DNA of 64,000 nt from an uncultured virus (IMG/VR IMGVR_UViG_3300023274_000001). Its lineage: Duplodnaviria; Heunggongvirae; Uroviricota; Caudoviricetes. The DNA lies in IMG/VR virus record IMGVR_UViG_3300023274_000001, positions 96,001-160,000 of that record, one strand, 5' to 3'. Positions 28,497 to 38,245 of this stretch are shown piece after piece (positions within the stretch are counted from its first letter, which is position 1; every line of letters starts with the position of its first letter). The translations under genes were made by a program, and so were the position numbers. The notes below the pieces were generated by a model that had not been told where the DNA came from, searched no databases, and saw only the letters and a list, made by a program, of their open reading frames with translations.

Positions 28497-28840
28497 TGGG
28501 ACACCGGATCAAGGTCGAACGGTACGGCCTGGACCACGCACTGGAGAGCAGCGAGGAGTTCAACGCCCCCTCATGGGAGGGCATCTGGCAGGCCGTCGAG
28601 GGCGAGATGGAGCGCACCGGAAAGACGCCGAGCGGCATGGAGGGCTGGGAAGAGGGCGGCTGCGTCCTGGACTCGGACCACGACTGCGAGGCCGACCCCG
28701 CCAAGTGCGAGGAGAACCTGAAGGACGCGATCCGGGACTGGATCAAGTCGTCCTGGGAGAACGACGAACTGAAGACCGGCAGCTTCCACTTCGGCGGCGT
28801 GGACTGGTCGTCGGTCACCTTCGGATGGGACGGAGAGTAG
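28496..28840 (+). CDS. acidic hypothetical protein
   Basis: TGATG coupling. Confidence 0.8.
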   Translation: MGHRIKVERYGLDHALESSEEFNAPSWEGIWQAVEGEMERTGKTPSGMEGWEEGGCVLDSDHDCEADPAKCEENLKDAIRDWIKSSWENDELKTGSFHFGGVDWSSVTFGWDGE

Positions 28841-28843
28841 GAC

Positions 28844-29146
28844 ATGGCGGAGCGGATGCGCGTGAAGGAGGCCCCTCGCCGGATCGAGGGGCTGCCGGTG
28901 GTCAAGTCGGCCTTCCTGGGCTGGCTTTCCGACTTCCGGCAGGAGGGCGGATACGTGGCGGTCTGCATCACGTACGGCGTGACCGACGTGGACAAGGGTG
29001 AGCAGTACCAGTTCCACATCATGTGGTCGAACGGCCTGGACAAGCCGTGGCGCCGCATCGAGAGCCTGCTGGAGCTGAACCGATACGCGGCGCTGGCCGC
29101 GTTCGACAGGCACGAGAAGCTGGCCGTCTGGCCGGAAGGGAACTGA
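28844..29146 (+). CDS. hypothetical protein, tandem paralog A
   Basis: Ends F..EKLAVWP. Confidence 0.8.
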   Translation: MAERMRVKEAPRRIEGLPVVKSAFLGWLSDFRQEGGYVAVCITYGVTDVDKGEQYQFHIMWSNGLDKPWRRIESLLELNRYAALAAFDRHEKLAVWPEGN

Positions 29147-29148
29147 AC

Positions 29149-29463
29149 ATGGCACGCAGGAACCCGCTGCTGGCCAAGGCCCTGCCGTCCACGGTGGACG
29201 ACCACCACGTGATCAAGGTGAGCCACCTCGGCTGGCAGGACAACGAAGAGCTGTCAATGATGCCCGGCTACCTGGCGGCCGTCATCACGTACAACGCCTA
29301 CAGCGGTGACGACCCCGGCGCCTACGGCATCCACCTGATGCGGACTGCCACGCCCGACGGCCGGTGGCTGCGCATCGACAGCCGCCGCAACCTGATGTGG
29401 AGCGAGGCCGAGAGCGCCTTCGCTTCCTACGACAAGCTGGCCGTCCGGCCGGGGAGGATCTGA
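29149..29463 (+). CDS. hypothetical protein, tandem paralog B
   Basis: Ends F..DKLAVRP. Confidence 0.8.
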   Translation: MARRNPLLAKALPSTVDDHHVIKVSHLGWQDNEELSMMPGYLAAVITYNAYSGDDPGAYGIHLMRTATPDGRWLRIDSRRNLMWSEAESAFASYDKLAVRPGRI

Positions 29464-29465
29464 AC

Positions 29466-29795
29466 ATGGCAGGCATCCGCATCCTGGAGCGCAACGGCGA
29501 CATCGTCTCTCACTCGTCCGTGTGGGCCGGACCGGAGGAGGTTCCGGTGGTCTTCGTGATCGTGAAGGACGGGGTCACTGCGCTCGCCCACCCGGACTAC
29601 GTCGGCGGCACCATCTACGACATCGAGCAGGGCGACCTGACGATCGAGCAGGCGTGGGATGCGCTGCTGATCAAGACGCCGAAGCTGGTCTACCCGCAGA
29701 GGTGCACCGTGCGCAGGCTGGATGGGACCGGCGGAGGCGCCGAGATCCTGATCGGCAAGCGGGTCGTGCACCGGATCGCGGGGGTGAACGAGTGA
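29466..29795 (+). CDS. hypothetical protein
   Basis: RBS. Confidence 0.75.
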   Translation: MAGIRILERNGDIVSHSSVWAGPEEVPVVFVIVKDGVTALAHPDYVGGTIYDIEQGDLTIEQAWDALLIKTPKLVYPQRCTVRRLDGTGGGAEILIGKRVVHRIAGVNE

Positions 29796-30103
29796 GCGCC
29801 TTCGAGAGGCCCAAGGAGATCGGGAAGCGGCCCGAGCCCGGCAAGCTCGACCCGGTGTGGACCTTCCTGCGTACCTCGTACGGGCCGGAGTACAACTTCG
29901 ACCTGTACCGGGCGCACGGTCTCGACAGCTTGTACTTCGTCGACCCGCGCCAGGACCCGCAGCCGTGGGAGCTGAAGGACGGGGCGCTGGACCTGGGTCT
30001 CGACAAGGAGCGCATGACCGAGCTGCGGGACCTGTTCACGTACCTGCTCGACAACTGGGGCAGGCCGTGGGCCCGCGAGTCCCACCCGGAAGAGGAGAAG
30101 TAA
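29792..30103 (+). CDS. hypothetical protein
   Basis: GTGA overlap. Confidence 0.75.
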   Translation: MSAFERPKEIGKRPEPGKLDPVWTFLRTSYGPEYNFDLYRAHGLDSLYFVDPRQDPQPWELKDGALDLGLDKERMTELRDLFTYLLDNWGRPWARESHPEEEK

Positions 30104-30439
30104 GTGGCCAAGCTGATCGAGATCCCCAACGTCACCTGCGGGAACGGCCTGCACATGCAGGCGCCCGCCCCGGAGCCGGTGTTCCACTTCACGCAGAACG
30201 ACGGCTTCCACGGGATCATCTACCTGGACGCCGTGAAGGCGTGGGCGCGGGCCATGCGGGAGGACGGGGTGCCCCTGCGGGAGATGGCCCACGACCTGTA
30301 CGTGCTGCTGCCGGGCAGCCGGGAGCTGATCCGCTGCACGCTGGTCGTGGCGGACGGCGAGAACGGCCCGGAGATGGAAGTCGAGGCTCTGCGGCCGACG
30401 GTCCTGGAGTCCAACACCCTGTTCACCTGCCCCATCTGA
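30104..30439 (+). CDS. hypothetical protein
   Basis: Packed ORF. Confidence 0.75.
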   Translation: MAKLIEIPNVTCGNGLHMQAPAPEPVFHFTQNDGFHGIIYLDAVKAWARAMREDGVPLREMAHDLYVLLPGSRELIRCTLVVADGENGPEMEVEALRPTVLESNTLFTCPI

Positions 30440-30513
30440 GCCGGTCGGCTTCTCGGGGACACGGGCTTCGGTCCGTGCCCCCGGGTGGACTATCGGAAAG
30501 GACAAGAAACGCG

Positions 30514-30852
30514 ATGAAGTACAGGTTCTGGATCTACCGGGACGTGGCTCCCCCGTACGCACTGGCGGGCAACCCGAACGCCCCGAAGCCCAGCGATCCA
30601 CTTCCCGTCGGCCTGGCTCACCCGGGCCGGGAGGTGGAGGGGATCACGCCTGCCGTCGACCAGATCATGGAGGTCTTCGAGCAGCACGGTGTGGACGACG
30701 AGAGCGAGAAGGCCATTATCCGGGGGAAGGCCACGGAGGCACTGCTGCGGGGTTCCTACCGCACGGCTCTGCCCACGCCCGGCCGCTGGCTGCTGGCCGA
30801 GAAGGTCGTTCCGGGCCGCACGCACCCGGTTACCGGAGAGGTGAGCGAATGA
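30514..30852 (+). CDS. hypothetical protein
   Basis: RBS. Confidence 0.75.
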   Translation: MKYRFWIYRDVAPPYALAGNPNAPKPSDPLPVGLAHPGREVEGITPAVDQIMEVFEQHGVDDESEKAIIRGKATEALLRGSYRTALPTPGRWLLAEKVVPGRTHPVTGEVSE

Positions 30853-31334
30853 GGTACGGACTGACCGTGAACAACGGCCGCGTGATGGCGGCCGACCGGG
30901 CGGAGACCAAGGCAATGATCATCGGCGTGCTGCTGGCCGCCGGGTTCAGTGAGCCGGTTTCCGTACAGGTCAAGGCCGACGAGGTGCTGGACCGGGCCGA
31001 CAAGCTGCCTTCGGACGAGGTGCAAGGCGTGAAGCTGGCCAGCCTCGGCGAGCTGCTGGTCTGGCGGGAGCGCGGCCGGGAGGTTTCGGGCCGCTTCTAC
31101 TACGTGAAGGCCGGGGACATCGGGGCCGCCTTCCGGACCGATGCCGAGGCGCCGCTGGTGTCGCACCTGATGGGCCTCCTGATGGGCAGCGAAGGGATCG
31201 GTCTGGAGCGGGCGGCGGCGCTCTCCGAGGGCGTGGCGCACTGCCTCTCCGAGGGTGGCAGCTACCCGAACCGGGTCATCACCGAGCTGAAGAACGGCTC
31301 GGACCTGCGGGCCTGGTGGGAGGACGAAGCGTGA
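30849..31334 (+). CDS. hypothetical protein with possible internal duplication
   Basis: ATGA overlap. Confidence 0.75.
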   Translation: MRYGLTVNNGRVMAADRAETKAMIIGVLLAAGFSEPVSVQVKADEVLDRADKLPSDEVQGVKLASLGELLVWRERGREVSGRFYYVKAGDIGAAFRTDAEAPLVSHLMGLLMGSEGIGLERAAALSEGVAHCLSEGGSYPNRVITELKNGSDLRAWWEDEA

Positions 31335-31564
31335 GCTGGATGATGGCTGTCGGGTCGGGCCATGGCCCCGTGGGGCCCGTCCGGGAGGCGCAGGAGCTGA
31401 GGAACTGCGTGCTGGCCGCCCTACTGGTGGCCGGTGTCGACGAGGAAGACGCCGAGTGGGAGAGTTCGCACGCCCCGGAAGCGGCAGCCGGGGGTGAGGC
31501 CGTCTGGACGTACGCCCTCCCTGACGGAAGGAAGATCGTGGTCTGGAAGGAGAGCGGGACGTGA
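31331..31564 (+). CDS. hypothetical protein
   Basis: GTGA overlap. Confidence 0.7.
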   Translation: MSWMMAVGSGHGPVGPVREAQELRNCVLAALLVAGVDEEDAEWESSHAPEAAAGGEAVWTYALPDGRKIVVWKESGT

Positions 31565-31920
31565 CCCACAACTGGAGCTGGACCATCCGGGTCAAGCAGG
31601 GCGATCCGGGATACCGGGTGCACAGCATCGAGGCCCTGATGGCGGCCGTGGCTGGCGCCCTGATGGCGGAGGGTACCGACTCCCGGATGGCCGACACGTT
31701 CGCGCGGTCGGTCCGGGAGCGGGCGCTGGAACAGTGCGAGCAGCGTCGCATGAACCACTCGACGCCGCCGCTGGAGTACCAGCAGATCCTCACCGTCACG
31801 AAGGCGCTTCACGTCACCTCGGACGACCTCCCGGAGGACTCGGACCGGTACTGCGAGGGCCGGACCGAGTCCGGGAGCCGCTGCCCGAGACACCTCAACC
31901 ACCTCGGGGAGTGCCGATGA
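31561..31920 (+). CDS. hypothetical protein
   Basis: GTGA overlap; C..C..H..C tail. Confidence 0.75.
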   Translation: MTHNWSWTIRVKQGDPGYRVHSIEALMAAVAGALMAEGTDSRMADTFARSVRERALEQCEQRRMNHSTPPLEYQQILTVTKALHVTSDDLPEDSDRYCEGRTESGSRCPRHLNHLGECR

Positions 31921-32144
31921 GGTGGGGCGACGACGCCGACGGCGAGCCGGGCCGGGACACGAGCTAGATCAACGTCAGGCCGGGCGTGGCCATCGAGATC
32001 GAGTACAGCTCGACCGAGTACGAGATGGCCCGGCCGGAGGATGAGGTCGACGGGAAGCTGACCGGCCGGATCCGGATCACCCGGGAGAAGATCTTCGACG
32101 CCGACTTCCTGATCGACTCCCTGACGGGGGAAGAGAAGGACTGA
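31917..32144 (+). pseudogene. small ORF interrupted by in-frame TAG
   Basis: ATGA overlap; TAG at 31965-31967, frame continues to TGA 32144. Confidence 0.55.
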
Positions 32145-32170
32145 TCCGGCCAGACCTGACCGGATACCGA

Positions 32171-32218
32171 GGGGCCCGCTTGACGGCGGGCCCCTTCGCT
32201 GTACGATGGCCTAGGTCA
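32171..32218 (+). promoter_or_regulatory. hairpin with TTGACG loop, TACGAT -10 and CCTAGG box
   Basis: GGGGCCCGC-TTGACG-GCGGGCCCC; TACGAT 32202; TGGCCTAGGTCA 32207. Confidence 0.7.
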
Positions 32219-32233
32219 AGGAAAGGGAGAAGC

Positions 32234-32710
32234 GTGAAGGCCAGTGAATTCCCGGATGCGCTCCGGGAGTTGAAGATCGAAGGCGCCACCGTGGGACCCG
32301 TGGTGAACAGGGACGGCGAGCCCGCACCGGCAGGGTCCGGTGTGCAGCACGGCTTCCTGGTGACGGGCCAGCACGGCGCACGTATCGCCTGGCAAGTGGC
32401 CACACAGGAGGACGGATTGCTGGCCGGTACGGGCCCTTCTGTGGCCTATCCGTCGAGTGTTCCCGTCGCTCCCGACCGGCTCGTCTGCGCCGACGTGGAG
32501 GCGTCCATCGCCCACTGGGTCGGCAAGAACCTGGGCGAGCACATCAGCGAGATGGTCAGGTACAGCGAGACCCGAGACCGGGGCATTCGCTACGGCCTGC
32601 GCATCGACCTGTACAGCGGGGGCCGGGTGTTCATTCAGGCCCTGTGGATTCTGGAGCCCGGCGAGGAACCGAACCGGGACAACAAGTACCGCATGCGCGA
32701 CGCGGTCTGA
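32234..32710 (+). CDS. hypothetical protein
   Basis: RBS. Confidence 0.8.
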   Translation: MKASEFPDALRELKIEGATVGPVVNRDGEPAPAGSGVQHGFLVTGQHGARIAWQVATQEDGLLAGTGPSVAYPSSVPVAPDRLVCADVEASIAHWVGKNLGEHISEMVRYSETRDRGIRYGLRIDLYSGGRVFIQALWILEPGEEPNRDNKYRMRDAV

Positions 32711-32725
32711 CGGAGGAGAAGACGG

Positions 32726-33091
32726 GTGAGCAAGGGCATCAGGGTGCACACGGGCGTGGCACACAAGGACACGCCGAGGGAGCGACCGTCCGCATGGATC
32801 GAGGTGTCGGTTCCGCTTCAGCTCGAAAGCTGGGAGCTGGCCGACGGCCTGGGTGAGCGCTTCCTGCGCAACGAGAGCGGACTGGAGGACGGCGAGCGCC
32901 CGTCCGGTCTGCCGGAGTCCATGACTCAGCAGGAGATTGTCCGGGTCTACAAGGACGAGCTGCTGTACTGGGGGACGAATCTCGGAACCTGGTCGGAAGA
33001 CCTCAGCCCCGAGGCCACGAAGGAGACCACCGGCTGGCTCATGGACATCGTCCTGGCCGCCTTCCCGGAGATGAAGGGGTACGACCGGTGA
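32726..33091 (+). CDS. acidic hypothetical protein
   Basis: RBS. Confidence 0.8.
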   Translation: MSKGIRVHTGVAHKDTPRERPSAWIEVSVPLQLESWELADGLGERFLRNESGLEDGERPSGLPESMTQQEIVRVYKDELLYWGTNLGTWSEDLSPEATKETTGWLMDIVLAAFPEMKGYDR

Positions 33092-33447
33092 GCGCCCCGT
33101 CCGCAGCGGCCGTGAGCCGCTTCCTGGGGGAGCGCTTCAACCGATCCGAGCGCGTGGGACGGGGGCCCACCGGCGTCACGGCCGGATTCACAGTGCGCCG
33201 GGCCCTCGGTGAGGGGCTGCGGCCGACGGACTGGGTGGTCGTTGAGTTCGAGCCCGGCTACCACACCATGGCCCGGTTCGGGTTCGGGACGAACGCCGAG
33301 GGCCTGCTGAAGTACACGCAGAAGGTGCTCACGGATTACGAGCGGAACCTGAAGATCAGGTACGACGTCGCCCGCAACGACGAGGACGGCGAGGACCAGT
33401 GGAACTGCCTGCTGGTACGGACAAAGACGGAACAGGAGAAGGACTGA
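33088..33447 (+). CDS. hypothetical protein
   Basis: GTGA overlap. Confidence 0.75.
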   Translation: MSAPSAAAVSRFLGERFNRSERVGRGPTGVTAGFTVRRALGEGLRPTDWVVVEFEPGYHTMARFGFGTNAEGLLKYTQKVLTDYERNLKIRYDVARNDEDGEDQWNCLLVRTKTEQEKD

Positions 33448-33752
33448 TGGCGCAGACCCACATCGGCCGACTGGCCACCGAGTTGAAGCAGGCAGCCGCC
33501 ACGCTGGAGCAGTTCGAGGACTTCCGCTCCCCCGTCAACCAGGAGGTCGTCTCGGCCGTCTGGTTCGCCGCCGGTCAGCACGACCAGCACGTGAGGGTCG
33601 CGGTCCGCGAGGAGCACGGGACCTTCTACCGGGGCCGGATCACCGAGGTCGGCACCAAGGGCGGCTGGGAGGTGCTGGCCGACGACGGCGAGCTGGTTCC
33701 CAACGTGACGGCCGACATGTTCGTCTCGCTCATGCTGGTGCAGCGGCCGTGA
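33447..33752 (+). CDS. hypothetical protein
   Basis: TGATG coupling. Confidence 0.75.
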   Translation: MAQTHIGRLATELKQAAATLEQFEDFRSPVNQEVVSAVWFAAGQHDQHVRVAVREEHGTFYRGRITEVGTKGGWEVLADDGELVPNVTADMFVSLMLVQRP

Positions 33753-33891
33753 ACAACGAGAGGATGCCCGAGAGGGACCCCACCGATCGAAGCAAGCCGC
33801 CGAGGAGGCGCGAGATGGGTAACAGCGACGACACCGAGCACAGCCGCCCACTGGAGAAGCGGAAGGACGGATCCAAGCCGCACCCGCAGTC

Positions 33892-34119
33892 GTGAACTCC
33901 GCCGACAAGGCAAGGGAGTTCGAGGAGCTGTGGCGAGGATCCGTCGCCCGAGCTGGGCGAAGACCGGACTGGAACGACCTGAGCCTGATCGAGCAGCAGG
34001 TGATGTCGTCGGAGTTCCGGACCGAGATGAACCGATACGGGGACGAAGATCCCACCGCCGTGAACCGGATGGCGACCGGGCTGTACGGCTCGCCGACGAG
34101 TTCGAAGCGTCCTGGCTGA
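33892..34119 (+). CDS. possible truncated ORF
   Basis: No clear RBS; irregular upstream region. Confidence 0.35.
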   Translation: MNSADKAREFEELWRGSVARAGRRPDWNDLSLIEQQVMSSEFRTEMNRYGDEDPTAVNRMATGLYGSPTSSKRPG

Positions 34120-34230
34120 CCTCCTGGCTGAACGCCGGGAGCCGCACGACCACCCTCTCCGGCCGCCTGGCGGCCCGCTGGGGTGACGACTACCGCAACG
34201 CACGAGATCGGGAACAAGGAGAAGATCACG

Positions 34231-34773
34231 ATGGGTGCACGCATCATCACCCCGCTCAAGGGGATCACGAAGACCTCGGCGTGGCCGTACGCGGAGATGC
34301 CGCAGAGCAAGAAGCCGCGCGCCCGTAAGGGCGGCTGGATCCTGGCGATGTCGATCGAGCCGGAGCTGAGCGGCCTGGTCACGTTCTACCCGGAGGGGAC
34401 GGAGTTCCCCGTCCCGATGGAGGACCGCACCAGCAAGCGCCAGATCCTGCACATCGACAACGGTTCGATCTGGGGCAAGAAGATCACCACCCGCCCCTTC
34501 TACCAGGTCGACGACAAGGACCAGTGCGAGCGGTTCGCGACCACGTTCTGCTCACTCGGCTACACCACGAACGAGAAGCTGCTGCCGCACCAGGGCGGCG
34601 CCTTCTGGGGCTTCAACTGGGCCTCGCTCACCGTCGCCACGGTGCACATCGCCTCCCAGGTCGCCGACCACTTCTTCAACGACCGGTACAACGAGGCGTG
34701 GGCCGTCGGCAAGGCGTTCGGCGACCAGATCCACGCCGCCGAGAACGCCTACTGGCAGGCGCAGGGGAAGTGA
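34231..34773 (+). CDS. hypothetical protein
   Basis: AAGGAG RBS, strong GC3 bias. Confidence 0.8.
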   Translation: MGARIITPLKGITKTSAWPYAEMPQSKKPRARKGGWILAMSIEPELSGLVTFYPEGTEFPVPMEDRTSKRQILHIDNGSIWGKKITTRPFYQVDDKDQCERFATTFCSLGYTTNEKLLPHQGGAFWGFNWASLTVATVHIASQVADHFFNDRYNEAWAVGKAFGDQIHAAENAYWQAQGK

Positions 34774-35090
34774 GCGCCAACGAGGAAGCAACTCTCCCGG
34801 ACGGCACGGTGATCGGCTACCTGGAACCCTGGCTGGCCAATCCCGGAGTGTTCAACGGATGGGTGAGCGACGAACCGGGAGTTCACTCCATCGCGGCCGA
34901 GGGGGTGAGTCGCGACCGGGCGGAACTGGAGATCGTCCGGCTGTTCCTGGTGCGCGAGATCAAGGTTCAGGAGGGCGCCGACCAGTCCAGCCCGGACGGC
35001 GTGGAGCGCAACCGCCTGATCCGGGAGGGCTTCAGCAGGCAGAAGGCCCTCACGTCCAAGATCCTCCAAGAGGAAGGCGGGACGGCCTGA
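34770..35090 (+). CDS. hypothetical protein
   Basis: GTGA overlap; similar to next gene. Confidence 0.75.
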   Translation: MSANEEATLPDGTVIGYLEPWLANPGVFNGWVSDEPGVHSIAAEGVSRDRAELEIVRLFLVREIKVQEGADQSSPDGVERNRLIREGFSRQKALTSKILQEEGGTA

Positions 35091-35473
35091 TGGTGATGGT
35101 CAGCGATCCCGGCACGGTGCAGCTCCCGTCCTCGGGGGTGAACGTCGGCCGGGTCGAGCAGTGGGACGGCGACCGCACCACCTGGGACGGCTGGGCCGAC
35201 ATCCCGGACGCCGCGACCGAGGAGCTGGTCTGCAACGGCGGCTCCCGGAACTGGTGCCGGTACATGGTGGTCAAGCGGTACCAGGAGCACCTGATCGGCG
35301 AGCTGGCCGGGGCTACGTACTGGATCGAGAGCCCGAAGAATGATCGGGACCTCACCGAGAAGGCCCGGATGATCAGCGAGTGCTTCGACGTGATGCGCAA
35401 CGCACTGAACGAGCACTACCAGGAGATCCGCAGGGAGCAGGCCCGGGTTCGCCGGGAGCTGCGCCAGAGCTGA
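35090..35473 (+). CDS. hypothetical protein
   Basis: TGATG coupling. Confidence 0.75.
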   Translation: MVMVSDPGTVQLPSSGVNVGRVEQWDGDRTTWDGWADIPDAATEELVCNGGSRNWCRYMVVKRYQEHLIGELAGATYWIESPKNDRDLTEKARMISECFDVMRNALNEHYQEIRREQARVRRELRQS

Positions 35474-35555
35474 ACGGTTTCGGCTCGGCGGTGCACGGGC
35501 TTCGGTCCGTGCACCTGCCGTACTGCCGCCGGGCAGGACATCGGAAGGGGAAGAG

Positions 35556-35891
35556 ATGCGAGCGTACTTCGAGACGGCCAGCGGCGAGACGATCCCACTG
35601 CCGGACCCGATGAGCCCCGAGCAGTCGGCCATCGTGTACCTCACGGGAGGAACCGGCATCCGCCGGATCGACGACGAGACGATCGACGAGTTCGTGCGCC
35701 GGGCCGACCTGTACGACACGTACATCGGCGGGATCAACCTGCGGGACATCGAGACTGGCGAGAAGGTTCCGGTCACCCGGCAGATCATCACCGAGGCGAT
35801 GGCCGGTCACCCGGCGCTCTGGACGAACGCGGGACTCGTCACCCCGGAGGCATTCGACCGCATGATCCGCGTCGCCAAGGCGGCGCTGTAA
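35556..35891 (+). CDS. hypothetical protein, paralog of 26200-26556
   Basis: GIRRID...DEFVRRADL. Confidence 0.8.
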   Translation: MRAYFETASGETIPLPDPMSPEQSAIVYLTGGTGIRRIDDETIDEFVRRADLYDTYIGGINLRDIETGEKVPVTRQIITEAMAGHPALWTNAGLVTPEAFDRMIRVAKAAL

Positions 35892-35910
35892 ACCGGAGGG
35901 GAGAAGAACG

Positions 35911-36336
35911 ATGAGCGAGCCCGTGAACAAGGACGGCTGGGGCAAGACGACGATCATGACGCCGGGGTCTTTCGCCGACCCGCGCGAGATGAACGCGGTG
36001 ATGCGCGAGCTGTTCTGCCACGACAGCATTCTGGAGTACCAGCGCAGGGTCGTCGAGGCGGCCATGAGGGACGCCGTGGCGGCCTGGCGCAGGGCGATGG
36101 CCAAGAAGGGCCTGAGCGCCGACAGCGACGCCGGTAAGGCGATCCTGGAGATGGTGAACGCGGTACTCGACAGCTTCGACCCGGAGAGCAGCGAGTGGGA
36201 CGGCTTCTTCCCGCCGGTCATGCTCTGCACCGAGCACGACAGCCCCGTGAAGACGAAGTACGGCAAGGGCATCGTCTTCACCGCCTGCCCCGGCGTCCCG
36301 TGGTGCAAGGCGCACGAAGGGGTGCGGGTCCAGTGA
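35911..36336 (+). CDS. hypothetical protein
   Basis: RBS; C-terminal C/H motif. Confidence 0.8.
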   Translation: MSEPVNKDGWGKTTIMTPGSFADPREMNAVMRELFCHDSILEYQRRVVEAAMRDAVAAWRRAMAKKGLSADSDAGKAILEMVNAVLDSFDPESSEWDGFFPPVMLCTEHDSPVKTKYGKGIVFTACPGVPWCKAHEGVRVQ

Positions 36337-36659
36337 GGCAGCCGATCGTCGCCGACCAGCGGGATTTCGAGCGCTGGCTGATCGACGAGGTCGCCGTCCA
36401 CGCCGACATGTGCAAGCGCATCAAGGACGGGACGAGCCAGCAGACCGGCATCGGGGCCCGGATGACGGAGTGGCACTTCACGTCCCTGCTGATGGTCCTC
36501 GGGCGGTACACCGACCGGGACCAGCGACTTCTGGAACCGGTCGCCACGGACCGGAAGGCACTGCTGGAGGTCATCCGTACCGGGCCGTCCCTGATGGCGG
36601 AGTGCGAGCGGCAGACGGAAGAGATGTACCAGCGACTCGAAAGGGAGGGGAAGGGGTGA
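36333..36659 (+). CDS. hypothetical protein
   Basis: GTGA overlap. Confidence 0.7.
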   Translation: MRQPIVADQRDFERWLIDEVAVHADMCKRIKDGTSQQTGIGARMTEWHFTSLLMVLGRYTDRDQRLLEPVATDRKALLEVIRTGPSLMAECERQTEEMYQRLEREGKG

Positions 36660-36991
36660 GCTACGGATGCCGGGGCTGTGACGGAACATGCTGCACGGGT
36701 GTCGGGAGTGACCCCTGCACCTGCCCACCCCCGCCCGACCGGGACGACGAGGAGCAGGCTCCGCTCTATCCGCGCCGAGCGCCGGGGGCGCACGGCAAGC
36801 ACTGCACCTGGCCGGAGTGTGACGGCTCGTGCCTGATTACGGTGACCGTCGAATGGCGGGCGCTGGAGGCGTTCTACGAGGCGGCCCGGTGGGGCCGGGC
36901 GATGAAGCCCGGCACGGCGGGCGAGCGGACCGGCCTGGAGCTGATGCAGCAGATCATCGAGCAGGGCAAGAGGGGTGCGGCACGTGGCTGA
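36656..36991 (+). CDS. Cys-rich protein
   Basis: CRGCDGTCC...CTC...HCTWPECDGSC. Confidence 0.7.
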   Translation: MSYGCRGCDGTCCTGVGSDPCTCPPPPDRDDEEQAPLYPRRAPGAHGKHCTWPECDGSCLITVTVEWRALEAFYEAARWGRAMKPGTAGERTGLELMQQIIEQGKRGAARG

Positions 36992-37084
36992 GGTGATCCG
37001 GGCGTTCGCCGGGATCGTGGCGCTGGTCGCCATGAAGAAGACCGAGATGGACCGCCGGAAGGCGGCTGGAAAGGGGAAGCGGAC

Positions 37085-37381
37085 ATGACCGCCCAGGACG
37101 AGAAGCTGGACATGAAGAAGATCCACCTGCTGGCGGCAGCCAAGGAGCTGGCCGACCTGCTCTACCGGTGGAACGTGGTCGACGAGTACGACCTGTGCAT
37201 CCAGGACAGCCGCAACGGCGGCACCCCCTACCACCACGTGAACGAGGCGCTGGTGGCCGTGCTGAAGAAGCTCGGCACCGAGAACAAGGACGGCTTCTAC
37301 GAGGGCGTCACCTCGGGCATGGACGTCCAGGAGGCACTGGACAACGCCATCGCCTACGAGCACCGCTACGACGAGATCTGA
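37085..37381 (+). CDS. hypothetical protein
   Basis: RBS. Confidence 0.8.
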   Translation: MTAQDEKLDMKKIHLLAAAKELADLLYRWNVVDEYDLCIQDSRNGGTPYHHVNEALVAVLKKLGTENKDGFYEGVTSGMDVQEALDNAIAYEHRYDEI

Positions 37382-37413
37382 CCGGAAGACACACGGAGAG
37401 GGAGAAGAAGGAC

Positions 37414-38244
37414 ATGAGCGAGATCAGCAAGTACGAGGGCAGTGGTTCCGGCGCGGAGCTGAGCAAGCGGGACGGTCTGCCGGACCAGTCGTTCTCCGGG
37501 CGGGGGCAGCACTCCGGCCCGGTCCTGCTGGACATCGAGGGCGACTCGATCCACGGCACGGTGACGGTGGACGACGTCGACTTCGCCTCGGTCCGGGTCT
37601 ACACCCGGTCCACGGTGCAGTCGGTGATCGACGCCGTCCGCAAGACGAAGATCTACCTGTCCGGCAGCACCCTGACGGTGAAGGTGCCGAGGTTCCAGGT
37701 TCCCCCGACGGTGATCCAGGGCGGCAACAGCCGGATGGTCTTCTCCGGGAACGTCTCCTTCGTGTCGGTCGGCAGGGGAGCTACGGTGATCGGCGGCTCC
37801 GGCTCCGGGGAGGACATGGTCCGGGTCGAGGTCACGCTGCCCCGGCACTCCGGCGTCCGGGCCGACCTGGGTTCCGGGATGCTCGACGTGCACGGCGACC
37901 TCGTCGGGATCGACGGCGACCTGTCCTCCGGATCGATCGCGGTTCACGGTTCGGTCGGCAAGGCCCGCGCCGAGCTGTCCTCCGGTTCGTTCCAGATCGG
38001 CCGGGTGACCGAGGGGATCGAGGCCACGGCGTCCTCGGGCAGCCTGAACGTGGGCGAGTACACCGGCTCCCACGCCAAGCTGCGGATCTCCTCCGGCAGC
38101 ATGAACCTGAACGTCGGCCGGGCCGCCAGTGGCACCATCGACGTCCGGGTATCCTCCGGCTCCGCCAACATCGGCGGAACCCGAGGGCGCGGCGACCTGG
38201 ACATCAGGACAAAGAAGTCCTCCGGCAGCATCAACCTCTACTGA
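37414..38244 (+). CDS. DUF4097-like beta-solenoid protein
   Basis: Repeated xSSGSx beta-strand units. Confidence 0.8.
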   Translation: MSEISKYEGSGSGAELSKRDGLPDQSFSGRGQHSGPVLLDIEGDSIHGTVTVDDVDFASVRVYTRSTVQSVIDAVRKTKIYLSGSTLTVKVPRFQVPPTVIQGGNSRMVFSGNVSFVSVGRGATVIGGSGSGEDMVRVEVTLPRHSGVRADLGSGMLDVHGDLVGIDGDLSSGSIAVHGSVGKARAELSSGSFQIGRVTEGIEATASSGSLNVGEYTGSHAKLRISSGSMNLNVGRAASGTIDVRVSSGSANIGGTRGRGDLDIRTKKSSGSINLY

Positions 38245-38245
38245 C

